Under the pieces are notes generated by a model. That model was not told the DNA's origin, did not search any database, and saw only the letters and a list, made by a program, of their open reading frames with translations. The position numbers were made by a program, and so were the translations under genes. From the NCBI GenBank assembly GCA_963753345.1, contig CAVWBU010000047.1, positions 1 to 64,000 of the forward strand: DNA of 64,000 nucleotides, given 5' to 3'. This document shows, piece by piece, positions 52,601 to 61,335 of this stretch. Source of the stretch: an uncultured Fibrobacterota bacterium. Lineage in GTDB: Bacteria; Fibrobacterota; Chitinivibrionia; Chitinivibrionales; FEN-1185. Each line of letters starts with the position of its first letter. Within the stretch, counting starts at the first letter, position 1.

Positions 52601-52790
52601 CCTCACCCCCTGCCCCTTCTCCGATTGGAGAGGGGGCTTTCGCATTTGACTGTATTCTTGTTTTCATGGCCGCGAAGCGGCATACCTTAGCGGTTGCGTT
52701 GCGAGCCGGAGCACCGTAGGCGCGGAGGCCACGCGCGAAGCGCGCCCGAAGGGGTGCGAAGCATGAACGGGCGACGCTTCGCAATGACCC
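52601..52790 (+). repeat. Palindromic unit (52601-52637) plus family C copy (52666-52790)
   Basis: CCCCTTCTCC-GATT-GGAGAGGGG hairpin; ATGGCCGCGAAGCGGCAT start shared with 18960. Confidence 0.6.
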
Positions 52791-52825
52791 GCAAATTCTT
52801 ATATTTTTGCTACCACAATCACCTC

Positions 52826-52944
52826 GTGGGTGCCCCCCAACCGGGATATCTTTCTCGCAAATCAACTTACTTGGGGGCCACCCAGGAGAGGGGAGTGCCG
52901 AGGACCGCACGGCGGGCAGAGGCCGGGGGAGATACCTCTCCCCC
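52826..52944 (+). repeat. Family B copy B5 (variant)
   Basis: GTGGGTGCCCCC...GGGGGCCACCC and terminal GGGGGAGA-TACC-TCTCCCCC hairpin. Confidence 0.75.
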
Positions 52945-53002
52945 GACAAATCCAAAGAAAACTCTTTATTCTCTCCCTCATGCAAAACTATTTTGATACC
53001 CG

Positions 53003-53551
53003 ATGAAGCAGCTCGAACTCCTTATGGACGCGACTGCCTTGGACCGGGCCCTCACCCGCATTTCCCACCAGATCCTCGAAAAAAATCCCGACACCTGCAA
53101 CCTCGGCATCGTGGGTATGCAGACGCGCGGCGTATACCTTGCGCGGCGCATCGCGGCCAAGATCAACGCGCTCGAAAAAACCAAGCTTGCCACCGGCGTA
53201 CTCGACATCACCCTGTACCGCGACGATTACCGAAGGGCGCTCAAGCAGCCCAAGGTAAAGGTCACCAACATTCCCTTCGACATCAACGGCATCGACATGG
53301 TCCTTGTCGACGACGTGCTGTACACCGGAAGAACCGTGCGGGCCGCGCTCGAGGCGCTCAACGATTTCGGCAGGCCTAAAACCATTCAGCTCGCCGTGCT
53401 TGTCGACCGCGACTTCCGCGAAATGCCGATCCGCGCCGACTATGTCGGCCAGACGGTCACCACGCGCAAGAACCAGGAAGTGGCCCTCAAGGTGAAGGAA
53501 ATAGACGGCGAAGACTCGCTGTGGCTCATGGAACTTGAAAAAGGGGACTAG
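53003..53551 (+). CDS. pyrR: PyrR regulator / uracil phosphoribosyltransferase
   Basis: RISHQILEKN, LDITLYRDD, LVDDVLYTGRTVRAA and PIRADYVG. Confidence 0.95.
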   Translation: MKQLELLMDATALDRALTRISHQILEKNPDTCNLGIVGMQTRGVYLARRIAAKINALEKTKLATGVLDITLYRDDYRRALKQPKVKVTNIPFDINGIDMVLVDDVLYTGRTVRAALEALNDFGRPKTIQLAVLVDRDFREMPIRADYVGQTVTTRKNQEVALKVKEIDGEDSLWLMELEKGD

Positions 53552-53552
53552 C

Positions 53553-54479
53553 GTGCCGCTCTCCATAAAGCACCTGCTCGGCCTCGAAGGGGTTTCACGG
53601 GAAGACATCACCCTGATCCTCGACACGGCCGACAGCTTTTACGAGGTGCTCCAGCGCGACATTCCCCAGGTCCCCACCCTGCGCGGCAGGACCATCGTGA
53701 ACCTCTTCTTCGAGAACAGCACGCGCACCCGCATGTCGTTTGAGCTTGCCGAAAAGCGTCTCTCCGCCAATCCGCTCAACTTCTCAACGTCCACCAGTTC
53801 GGTTGCAAAAGGGGAATCCCTGCGCGACACCATGCGCAACATCGAGGCCATGAAGATCGACATGGTGGTGGTGCGCCACGGCGCGGCAGGCGCGCCCGCG
53901 TTCCTCACGCGCTGCACCGACGCGGCCATCGTCAACGCGGGCGACGGCCTGCACGAACACCCGACGCAGGCGCTGCTTGACATGATGACCATACGGCAGA
54001 AATTGAAGCGGCTCGACGGCCTCAAGGTGGCCATCATCGGCGACATCCTCCACAGCCGCGTGGCGCGCAGCAACGCCTGGGGCATGAAGACCATGGGCAT
54101 GGACGTCACGCTCTGCGGTCCGCCCACGCTCCTCCCCCAGCACCCGGACGTGCTCGGCGTGCGCGTGACCGACAGCATGGATGCCGCCTTAAGCGGCGCG
54201 AACGTGGTGATGCTTTTGCGGCTCCAGCTCGAGCGCCAGGGCGCGGGGCTGTTCCCGTCGATCCGCGAATACCGCGAGCGTTACGGGCTCGACCTTGACA
54301 AACTCAACAAACTTCCCGGCGACATCGTGGTGATGCACCCCGGCCCCATCAACCGCGGCATCGAGCTCGCCTCCAACGTGGCCGACAGCGACAAAAGCGT
54401 CATCTTGGACCAGGTGACCAACGGCGTCGCGGTGCGCATGGCGGTGCTCTTTCTGCTCGGAGGGGGCGAGAATGCATAA
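53553..54479 (+). CDS. pyrB: Aspartate carbamoyltransferase catalytic subunit
   Basis: FFENSTRTR, HPTQALLD and MHPGPINRG. Confidence 0.95.
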   Translation: MPLSIKHLLGLEGVSREDITLILDTADSFYEVLQRDIPQVPTLRGRTIVNLFFENSTRTRMSFELAEKRLSANPLNFSTSTSSVAKGESLRDTMRNIEAMKIDMVVVRHGAAGAPAFLTRCTDAAIVNAGDGLHEHPTQALLDMMTIRQKLKRLDGLKVAIIGDILHSRVARSNAWGMKTMGMDVTLCGPPTLLPQHPDVLGVRVTDSMDAALSGANVVMLLRLQLERQGAGLFPSIREYRERYGLDLDKLNKLPGDIVVMHPGPINRGIELASNVADSDKSVILDQVTNGVAVRMAVLFLLGGGENA

Positions 54480-55815
54480 GAAACCCGACGGCCGCGCCGT
54501 CTACCTTCCCGGGCTGGAGGCCCACCCCGCGTGCATCCTCATCAAGAACGGCCGCGTGATCGACCCCGCAAACCGCGTCGACGCCGAGCTCAACGTGGGC
54601 GTGGAAAGCGGCGTTATCCGCTTTGTCAACAAGGAGATCCCGTCGGGGTTCCGGCCCCAGGAGGAGATCGATGCCGAAGGCATGTGGGTGGTGCCCGGCC
54701 TTATGGACATGCACGTGCACCTGCGCGAGCCCGGCCGCGAGGACAAGGAGACCATAGAGACCGGCACGCAGGCCGCGGCGGCCGGCGGCTTTACCGCGGT
54801 GGCCTGCATGCCCAACACCAACCCGGTGCTCGACGAGGAATCGAAAATCCGCTACGTGGTCCAGCGCGGGCAGCACTGCCCGTGCCGCATCTTTCCCGTG
54901 GGCTCCATCACCAAGGGGCTGCTCGGCGAGGAACTGTCGCCGTTCGGCGAGATGGTGCGCGCCGGCGCCCGCGCGGTGAGCGACGACGGCAAGAGCGTGC
55001 GCAAGTCCAACATGATGAAGAGCGCGCTCAACTACTCAAAATCGTTCAGGATACCGGTGATCTGCCACTGCGAGGATTGCGACCTCTCCGCCGGCGGCCA
55101 TATGAACGAGGGCCTTGTGTCAACGCGCCTGGGCCTGCGCGGCATCCCGGCCATCGCCGAGGATATTATTGTCGCGCGCGACATCATGCTCGCGGAATAC
55201 ACCGGCGCGCGCATCCATATTGCGCACGTGTCAACCGCCGGCAGCGTGCGCGCCATCCGCGAGGCGAAGAAGCGCGGGGTGCACGTCACCTGCGAGACCT
55301 GCCCGCACTACTTTACGCTGTGCGACGGCGACATCGGCGACTACGACACCAACCGCAAGATGAACCCGCCCCTGCGCACCGCCGCGGACCGCGCCGAGAT
55401 CGTGGCCGCGCTCGCCGACGGCACCATCGACGTCATCGCGTCGGACCACGCGCCGCATGTTTCCGAGGAAAAGGACGTTGAATTCGACGCGGCCAGCTTC
55501 GGCGTGATCGGCCTGGAAACGTCGCTGGGCATCGCGCTCACCTATCTCGTTGACAAAGACATCCTCATGCCCGCCGATCTCGTGGAGAAGATGAGCCTTG
55601 TGCCCAACCGCATTCTCGGGCTCGACGGCGGCACACTTTCTCCCGGCAAACGCGCCGACATCACCATCATCGACCCGAAGACAACATGGAAGGTCGACCC
55701 CTCCACCTTCTTCTCCAAGTCCCGCAACACGCCCTTCGAAGGGTTCGACCTCAAGGGCTATGCCCACGCGACGATTCTCGGCGGGGCCATTGTGTATTTG
55801 AGAAATACAAAATAG
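54472..55815 (+). CDS. pyrC: Dihydroorotase
   Basis: DMHVHLREPG, MPNTNP, KMNPPLR and ASDHAPH. Confidence 0.95.
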   Translation: MHKKPDGRAVYLPGLEAHPACILIKNGRVIDPANRVDAELNVGVESGVIRFVNKEIPSGFRPQEEIDAEGMWVVPGLMDMHVHLREPGREDKETIETGTQAAAAGGFTAVACMPNTNPVLDEESKIRYVVQRGQHCPCRIFPVGSITKGLLGEELSPFGEMVRAGARAVSDDGKSVRKSNMMKSALNYSKSFRIPVICHCEDCDLSAGGHMNEGLVSTRLGLRGIPAIAEDIIVARDIMLAEYTGARIHIAHVSTAGSVRAIREAKKRGVHVTCETCPHYFTLCDGDIGDYDTNRKMNPPLRTAADRAEIVAALADGTIDVIASDHAPHVSEEKDVEFDAASFGVIGLETSLGIALTYLVDKDILMPADLVEKMSLVPNRILGLDGGTLSPGKRADITIIDPKTTWKVDPSTFFSKSRNTPFEGFDLKGYAHATILGGAIVYLRNTK

Positions 55816-55825
55816 AATTCAGGAG

Positions 55826-55972
55826 TTGGGCGCCCCGCTGCTTCGCAGCGGCGGCCGTCCTTCCGGTCTCGGCCTCCGGCCTCGGGCTGCCACGGCCCTA
55901 TGCCGCGGTAGCGGCCGGGTCCGGGCAGCATCCCGCTTTGGCGGGACCTCCAGTCCTGCCTGGCGCGTGGCA
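55826..55972 (+). repeat. Family A copy A8 (subtype II)
   Basis: Closely matches A2; begins about 10 nt after the pyrC stop. Confidence 0.85.
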
Positions 55973-56083
55973 TCAGGAACATTCCACAATCAACATATGC
56001 CTTACTAATAAGAATTCACTTGCACGGTTCCATAACAATTCCGGATGGCGCTAGAATTAGTTCTTGACAGAAGATATTTCTGT

Positions 56084-56344
56084 TGCCGCGCGTTAGGTGG
56101 ACTGGAGGGTGAGCTGAAGCGAATTGTCACTGCGTTCCCCAAGGTATGGAAATAGCGCTTCGCGCTTCATTATTGTGTCACTTGCCTTGTGCCGCCTGAC
56201 GACCCTTGGAAGCACCCGAAGGGGTGTTACGGCCCGAAGGGCCCTTGTGGCAGGCGGCAACGAGGCCGACAGGCCGAGCCCGGAAGGAGACCGACCCCAT
56301 GTAAAGCCGCACGGTGGTGCGGCTTTACATGGGGGAACGCCCAA
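56084..56344 (-). repeat. Family A copy A9 (long subtype I)
   Basis: Shares the insert GTTCCCCAAGGTA...GACCCTTGGAAGCACCCGAAGGGGTG with A3. Confidence 0.85.
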
Positions 56345-56357
56345 TTTGTCTTATCCT

Positions 56358-57389
56358 TTATTGAATTACAAGCACTAATTTTCCTGTTTTGTCAATGTAC
56401 CCTCTTGTCGTCCCTGTTCTCACCCTCGCAAGGCCGTCGGAAAATGGCGAAGCATCATCGAACGTAGGTTGCACCACGAAAGCCCCGGCCTTGTCAATAA
56501 AGCCCCATTTGTTATCGCTGCGCACCGCGGCGAGGCCTTCGGTGAACGGGAGCCCCGTTTCGAAACGCGCGGCGATCGCAAACGCTCCGGTCGTGTCGAT
56601 GTAGCCGGTTTTGCCGCCGGCAAGGAACCCGAATTCGTCGCGCACGCCGCCGCTCACCACGGCGGCAAGGCCCTGCGAAAAGCCGTGCGCGATGTCGAAC
56701 TGCGGCGCGATAAGGAACTCGCCGCTTTTGCCGATGTACCCGCATTTTTCCGGGAGCCCCTCGCCGTATTCCTCGGCCGCCGCGTGCACGATCGCCATGG
56801 CGCGGCCGTTGCCGAAATCGCCGGCAAGATCGAACCTCGGGTTGATCACGATGCGTCCCTTGGCGTCGATGAACCCGCGCCTGCCGCCCGGGTCGTCGCC
56901 GATGCGCACCTTGGCGAGACCTTGGTGGAACGGATAGGCCGCGTCGAACTGCGGCGGTATCGCGACGGTTCCTGTTTTGTCAATGTATCCCCATTTGCCG
57001 TGCACCGACACGGCGGCCATACCTTCGGAAAAATCGCCGGCAAGCTCGAACTGCGGATTGACCACGAACCTGCCCGCCGCGTTGATGAATCCCCGCCGCG
57101 CGCCGGCGTCGGCCCCCACTTTCACGCGCGCGAGTCCGTCGTGGAATTCCCATGCGCCGTCGAACTGCGGCACAATCACGCTCTCGCCCTTCTTGTCAAT
57201 ATATCCCCACAGGCCCTTGCTCTGCACCGCCGCAAGCCCCTCGGCAAAGTCCCGATGTGCGGTGCAGGGAAGTTTTACGGTAACGGCGGCCGGCGTTCCC
57301 TCCGGGGTCTTGGCGGCGGATTTGGGACTGCCGTAGGCACATGCGCACAACGAAAGCGCAGCAAACAACGCGGTAAAAACTGTTTTCAT
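56358..57389 (-). CDS. WG-repeat (KWG) exported protein
   Basis: Repeated WGYIDKTG...PQFD.A..F.EGLA.V units. Confidence 0.9.
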   Translation of the reverse strand: MKTVFTALFAALSLCACAYGSPKSAAKTPEGTPAAVTVKLPCTAHRDFAEGLAAVQSKGLWGYIDKKGESVIVPQFDGAWEFHDGLARVKVGADAGARRGFINAAGRFVVNPQFELAGDFSEGMAAVSVHGKWGYIDKTGTVAIPPQFDAAYPFHQGLAKVRIGDDPGGRRGFIDAKGRIVINPRFDLAGDFGNGRAMAIVHAAAEEYGEGLPEKCGYIGKSGEFLIAPQFDIAHGFSQGLAAVVSGGVRDEFGFLAGGKTGYIDTTGAFAIAARFETGLPFTEGLAAVRSDNKWGFIDKAGAFVVQPTFDDASPFSDGLARVRTGTTRGYIDKTGKLVLVIQ

Positions 57390-57611
57390 CACCAGACTCC
57401 TTGGCTTGTCACCCGATGGGACAGCACACAAAAATAATTAAGGCTGTGGACGCGTACCCGACCGCGCCGACCTTTGACCGGGGAATGTGCCGTGCAACAC
57501 ACGCGGCGTTTGGCATCACGGCGTTCCTTAGTTTATATTAGCCTCATGCCCGCGAGTCCGCCCAGACGGCGTGGGTTTACAAATGCCATCACCTCAACAA
57601 GGAGCCGTTTC

Positions 57612-58250
57612 ATGAAACGTTTGCATTGTGTCGCCGCCGTTGCGGCCGCCGGTTTGGTCCTTCTGATGATCGGATGCGCCAAGGAACCCGCCCGCGAAAT
57701 GGCCGCCGCCAAGGCTGCGGTGGACTCCGCCAAGGCGGCGCAGGCCGATGTGTACCTGCCCGACCAATTTGCTTCGGTCAGCGAGTCTCTCAATGCCGCC
57801 CTCGCCGACATCGACAAGCAGAAGGCCGGTTCTCCCATGAAAAGGAATTACGAAAAGGACAAGCAAAGCCTTGCCACCGTGGCAACCACTGCGTCGGACC
57901 TCAAGGCGAAGGTGGGTGCGGAGAAGGCGCGCGTGCAGGCCGGCGTGGAATCATCCATTGCCCGGGCGTCAGCGTCGGTCGAGGAAATAAAGGCCAGCCT
58001 TAAGAAGCCTGCAAAGAGCAAGAAGGCCAAGGCCGCGCTTGCGGCACAGAAGAGCAAACTGGGCCCCATTGAGACATCCATCAGCGACGCGAAAAGCGCG
58101 CTCGTCAGCGGCGATGTTCTCGGCGCGCGCACGAAAATCGATGCAGCAACTGCCGATCTTGCGGCGCTCAAGGCACCGCCCGCGGCCCCGGAACAGAAAC
58201 CGGCAAAGGCGGCAAAAGGAAAGGCAAAGGCGAAGAAGCACCACCGATAA
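57612..58250 (+). CDS. Ala/Lys-rich helical lipoprotein (DUF4398-like)
   Basis: MIGC lipobox; AAKAAVDSAKAAQADVY.P motif; AAGGAG RBS. Confidence 0.75.
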   Translation: MKRLHCVAAVAAAGLVLLMIGCAKEPAREMAAAKAAVDSAKAAQADVYLPDQFASVSESLNAALADIDKQKAGSPMKRNYEKDKQSLATVATTASDLKAKVGAEKARVQAGVESSIARASASVEEIKASLKKPAKSKKAKAALAAQKSKLGPIETSISDAKSALVSGDVLGARTKIDAATADLAALKAPPAAPEQKPAKAAKGKAKAKKHHR

Positions 58251-58293
58251 TAACAGGCTGCGGCAAGAGGCACCATCGTGCCGATCGATGTAC

Positions 58294-58327
58294 AAAACGC
58301 CGGGGGAAATTCCCTCCGGCGTTTTTT
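58294..58327. terminator. Bidirectional intrinsic terminator
   Basis: AAAACGCCGGGGG-AAATT-CCCTCCGGCGTTTTTT between convergent genes. Confidence 0.75.
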
Positions 58328-58328
58328 G

Positions 58329-59039
58329 TCACTCCATGAACTGCTCGGGCGGTTCCTTCTGTGCCGCCTCCAGAATTTTTCCCGCAACCTGGTCTGCGCT
58401 GTCGGCAGCGGGCGCCGACTCGCGCTGGAACGACCGCATCTGCTGGTTCCCCAGCGCGTTTTTGCCGAAATCCGTGGCCGTCATCCGCGGATAGACGGTG
58501 ATCAGGCGGATGTTGTCGGCCGCGAGTTCGACGCGGGCGGTGTCGGTGAGCATGTTGAGCGCGCACTTGGTGGCCGCATAGGCGCCCAGCCCGGGAATTT
58601 TCATCCGGGAAACCATCGAAGAAATGTTGATGATGAGTCCGCCGCCCTTTGCGCGCATCTTCGGGACGGCCGCCTGTATCGCGTAGAGGGGCCCGAACAC
58701 GTTGAGAATAAAAATGCTCTTGAAATGGTCGGGGGTGACCTCGGCAATGGTTCCGGCCGCCGACTGTCCCGCGTTGTTGATGAGGATGTCGATCCTGCCG
58801 AACCGTTCCATGGTCTTGTCGATCAGATTGACCACCTCGGTTTTGTCCCGCATGTCGGTGGGAACGGCAAACGCCTCGTGGTGCTGGTTGTGCAGTTCTG
58901 CCGCCAAGGCCGTGAGCTTGTCTGCCGTGCGCGCCGCGAGCACCACCTTCGCGCCTTCGGCGGCAAACCGTTTGGCCGTCGCCCGGCCGATTCCGGCCGA
59001 CGCGCCCGTGATGACAACGACTTTTCCCGGTATGTCCAT
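58329..59039 (-). CDS. Short-chain dehydrogenase/reductase
   Basis: ITGASAGIG, LINNAG and YAATK. Confidence 0.92.
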   Translation of the reverse strand: MDIPGKVVVITGASAGIGRATAKRFAAEGAKVVLAARTADKLTALAAELHNQHHEAFAVPTDMRDKTEVVNLIDKTMERFGRIDILINNAGQSAAGTIAEVTPDHFKSIFILNVFGPLYAIQAAVPKMRAKGGGLIINISSMVSRMKIPGLGAYAATKCALNMLTDTARVELAADNIRLITVYPRMTATDFGKNALGNQQMRSFQRESAPAADSADQVAGKILEAAQKEPPEQFME

Positions 59040-59083
59040 TGCTGCGTTCCTCCTCGTTGTTGTATATGTCAATTAGCGGCTCT

Positions 59084-59473
59084 TTAGCCTCCGATGCCGG
59101 CGGCAGCGATGATCCCTCCCGCGATGTAGGCGACCACCCACCAGCCGTAGGCGATCCGCGTATACCAATGGATGCCGCGCGGCACCAGTCTCCCGCCGCG
59201 GTTTCTTCGCCAGTGTCCCCAGATCAGCATGGTGTCGACCAGCATCGCAAGAAGCGCGGAATAGCCGATAACGCCGTGCACCGTGATGGGGATGTTGCGC
59301 GACCCGACAATCATGTACAGCGTGGCGGTGAGGTCGCACGCGAGGCCGGCGGTGAGGAACACCAGCACCATGCTTGATACAATAGACTTTCGCTGTTCGG
59401 CGATCACCGCGACTGAATAGAACAGCAGGGCGAACGTGACGATCACCACGCCGGTTGCAAGGGTCGGATTCAA
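59084..59473 (-). CDS. Small four-TM membrane protein (HsmA-like)
   Basis: ALLFYSVAV..EQ, GLACDLTAT..M and HGVIG..ALLAML motifs. Confidence 0.65.
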   Translation of the reverse strand: MNPTLATGVVIVTFALLFYSVAVIAEQRKSIVSSMVLVFLTAGLACDLTATLYMIVGSRNIPITVHGVIGYSALLAMLVDTMLIWGHWRRNRGGRLVPRGIHWYTRIAYGWWVVAYIAGGIIAAAGIGG

Positions 59474-59580
59474 GATCTGAGTCCTGTCTCACCGTCAAAT
59501 GCGGCCTCAAAAAACTTCGCCCGAAAAATAGTATATCCTGAGCCCTGCGTGGCATCGGCTTCTGTTACAAGAGACATAAC

Positions 59581-60081
59581 TCAATACACAAAGGGAATCA
59601 GCTTGCGCACCCGGCGGCGGTAGGATTGATATGCCGGGAATTTCTCCGCGAGCCATTGTTCTTCCCGCCGGGACTTGATGTCGAGCAGGACAAAAAGCAG
59701 AACGGCAAAGCTAATGGTAAGCCATCCGTGGACCAGCATTCCGAAACCGAATGACGCGAATATGAGACCGCTGTAGATAGGGTGACGCACAAGACCGTAC
59801 GGCCCGGATTCAACAAGAGCACCGTTATCTTTAGGAAACGGCAGGGGCGTAAGGTTTTCTCCCAATGCAATCATGCCCCATCCTGCAATGAGAGCGCCGA
59901 ACACCAAATCTAGCGCTCCGAGAGCGAAAGCGCTTTGTGCAAGTGCGGCGTTCCACAAAGGCAATCCCGGAACCGTCCGCGGTCCGACGCCCACCAGTGC
60001 GAGCAGCACGAACTGGCCCGCAACATACCATTCGCCGCGGCTTCCCTTCCACCATGGAGCTCGAAAAGATGCGGTGTCCAT
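59581..60081 (-). CDS. Isoprenylcysteine carboxyl / phospholipid methyltransferase family protein
   Basis: LVESGPYGLVRHPIYSG and REEQWL...Y..Y...V.KLIPFVY. Confidence 0.88.
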   Translation of the reverse strand: MDTASFRAPWWKGSRGEWYVAGQFVLLALVGVGPRTVPGLPLWNAALAQSAFALGALDLVFGALIAGWGMIALGENLTPLPFPKDNGALVESGPYGLVRHPIYSGLIFASFGFGMLVHGWLTISFAVLLFVLLDIKSRREEQWLAEKFPAYQSYRRRVRKLIPFVY

Positions 60082-60151
60082 GACGTCTCCAGATACAGCA
60101 AAGGGACTCGCTTGCACGGGTCCCCTTACAAAAGTATATTGCCGCCGTCTG

Positions 60152-61192
60152 CTATTTCCTAAATAGAAAGATCTTGCCCTGCGTGGTCTTGTTGCCCTGT
60201 GTCATGCGGACAAAAACCATTCCCGAGGCCGGGACCCTGCTCTTGAGAGAAATGTGATTGTACCCCATGGCGACGTTGTTCATCGCTTCGGTAAACAGCA
60301 GGGAGCCGCGGGCGTCAAAGCACTGGACTGTTGCGGGCGCCGCGTCGGCTGCGGTGAAATTCAGCTGAAGGGTGCGGTTGCGGTCTGCGGAGTGATGCTT
60401 TTTAGCGCCAGGCCGCCATTTATGAGAGTTGAAATAGGCGCGGTCGGCTACGGAGACTGGGCCCATGTAGTTGAAGTCGACGAAGTCGACATTCATGGGC
60501 CCGTTTCCCTTCGGATTCGTGCAGACCTGGTATCTGAACAACTGCATTCCGGAATCAAGCGCCAGTCGGCGGTAGTCTTTCATATACCACCAAGAGTGAA
60601 AATCATACTGACAGCCACTGGTAAGATGCAGGGTGTCTGTTCCGGTACTTATGGAATCGGCGCCGTTCAACAGGGACATCTCAACGTATGGACCCCACGG
60701 GGTGTCAATGTCGGCCGCCGTCTGAAAAATGCTCAGACTGTAAATGCCGGGTTGTTTCACATAAACCGTATATTTTGTCCAGTCACCCATATTGGCGTCT
60801 GCCAGATAGCAATCGGTGCTGGCGGAATCATGAACATAGTCCGGACCAACCCAGCCATTACTCATGCAATCGTTGCCCTCACCCATCACTTGCAGGCTGG
60901 GTCCGGTAATCGCGCGCAAATAATGGCAAGCCCATTGACCAACAGCCATATAATCGTGCCAGGTTACGCCATTTGTGTTTGCATCAAGTGTCGCTTCGGG
61001 CTGTGTCTTGCCTGCCATTCCCTGATCGAAGCGGGAAAGCCTGACTCTTCCCGGGATCTGCTGGATAGTATCGTGATAGGGAAAGCCCTTGTACCCGGCA
61101 GGGATTGCGGAATCCGCGGGAAAACTGATGAACAGGACGGCAAGGAACGATCCGGCAACAGCCAGGCGCTGCGCCGCAGAAAAGAAATTCAT
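60152..61192 (-). CDS. Secreted carbohydrate-binding-module (CBM6-like) protein with T9SS-like tail
   Basis: QQIPGRV....FD.G and GDWTKYTVYVKQPGIY jelly-roll motifs; tail FDARG...GMVFVRM...KIFLFRK. Confidence 0.65.
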   Translation of the reverse strand: MNFFSAAQRLAVAGSFLAVLFISFPADSAIPAGYKGFPYHDTIQQIPGRVRLSRFDQGMAGKTQPEATLDANTNGVTWHDYMAVGQWACHYLRAITGPSLQVMGEGNDCMSNGWVGPDYVHDSASTDCYLADANMGDWTKYTVYVKQPGIYSLSIFQTAADIDTPWGPYVEMSLLNGADSISTGTDTLHLTSGCQYDFHSWWYMKDYRRLALDSGMQLFRYQVCTNPKGNGPMNVDFVDFNYMGPVSVADRAYFNSHKWRPGAKKHHSADRNRTLQLNFTAADAAPATVQCFDARGSLLFTEAMNNVAMGYNHISLKSRVPASGMVFVRMTQGNKTTQGKIFLFRK

Positions 61193-61335
61193 ACATCCCC
61201 CTCTACTTTAACATGTGGTCTCTTCCCGGAATGTAATATAAACAAAAAAAGGCTAGGTATCAAAACAGAATAGATTCCCAATAAAAAAGAAATTGTTAAA
61301 CGAAATATGTTCCATTCTTTAAATGCTATGGTTTT

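Noticed and set aside
52945-53002. PyrR-binding attenuator upstream of pyrR
   Set aside because: No recognisable PyrR binding-loop consensus or terminator; the upstream hairpins belong to repeat families B and C
17115-56344. Family A ends (GGCGTT...CCTAACGCGC) as attC sites or empty integron cassettes
   Set aside because: The boxes are in the wrong order for attC, and several copies replace GTT/AAC with GCC/GGC, which IntI recombination would not tolerate
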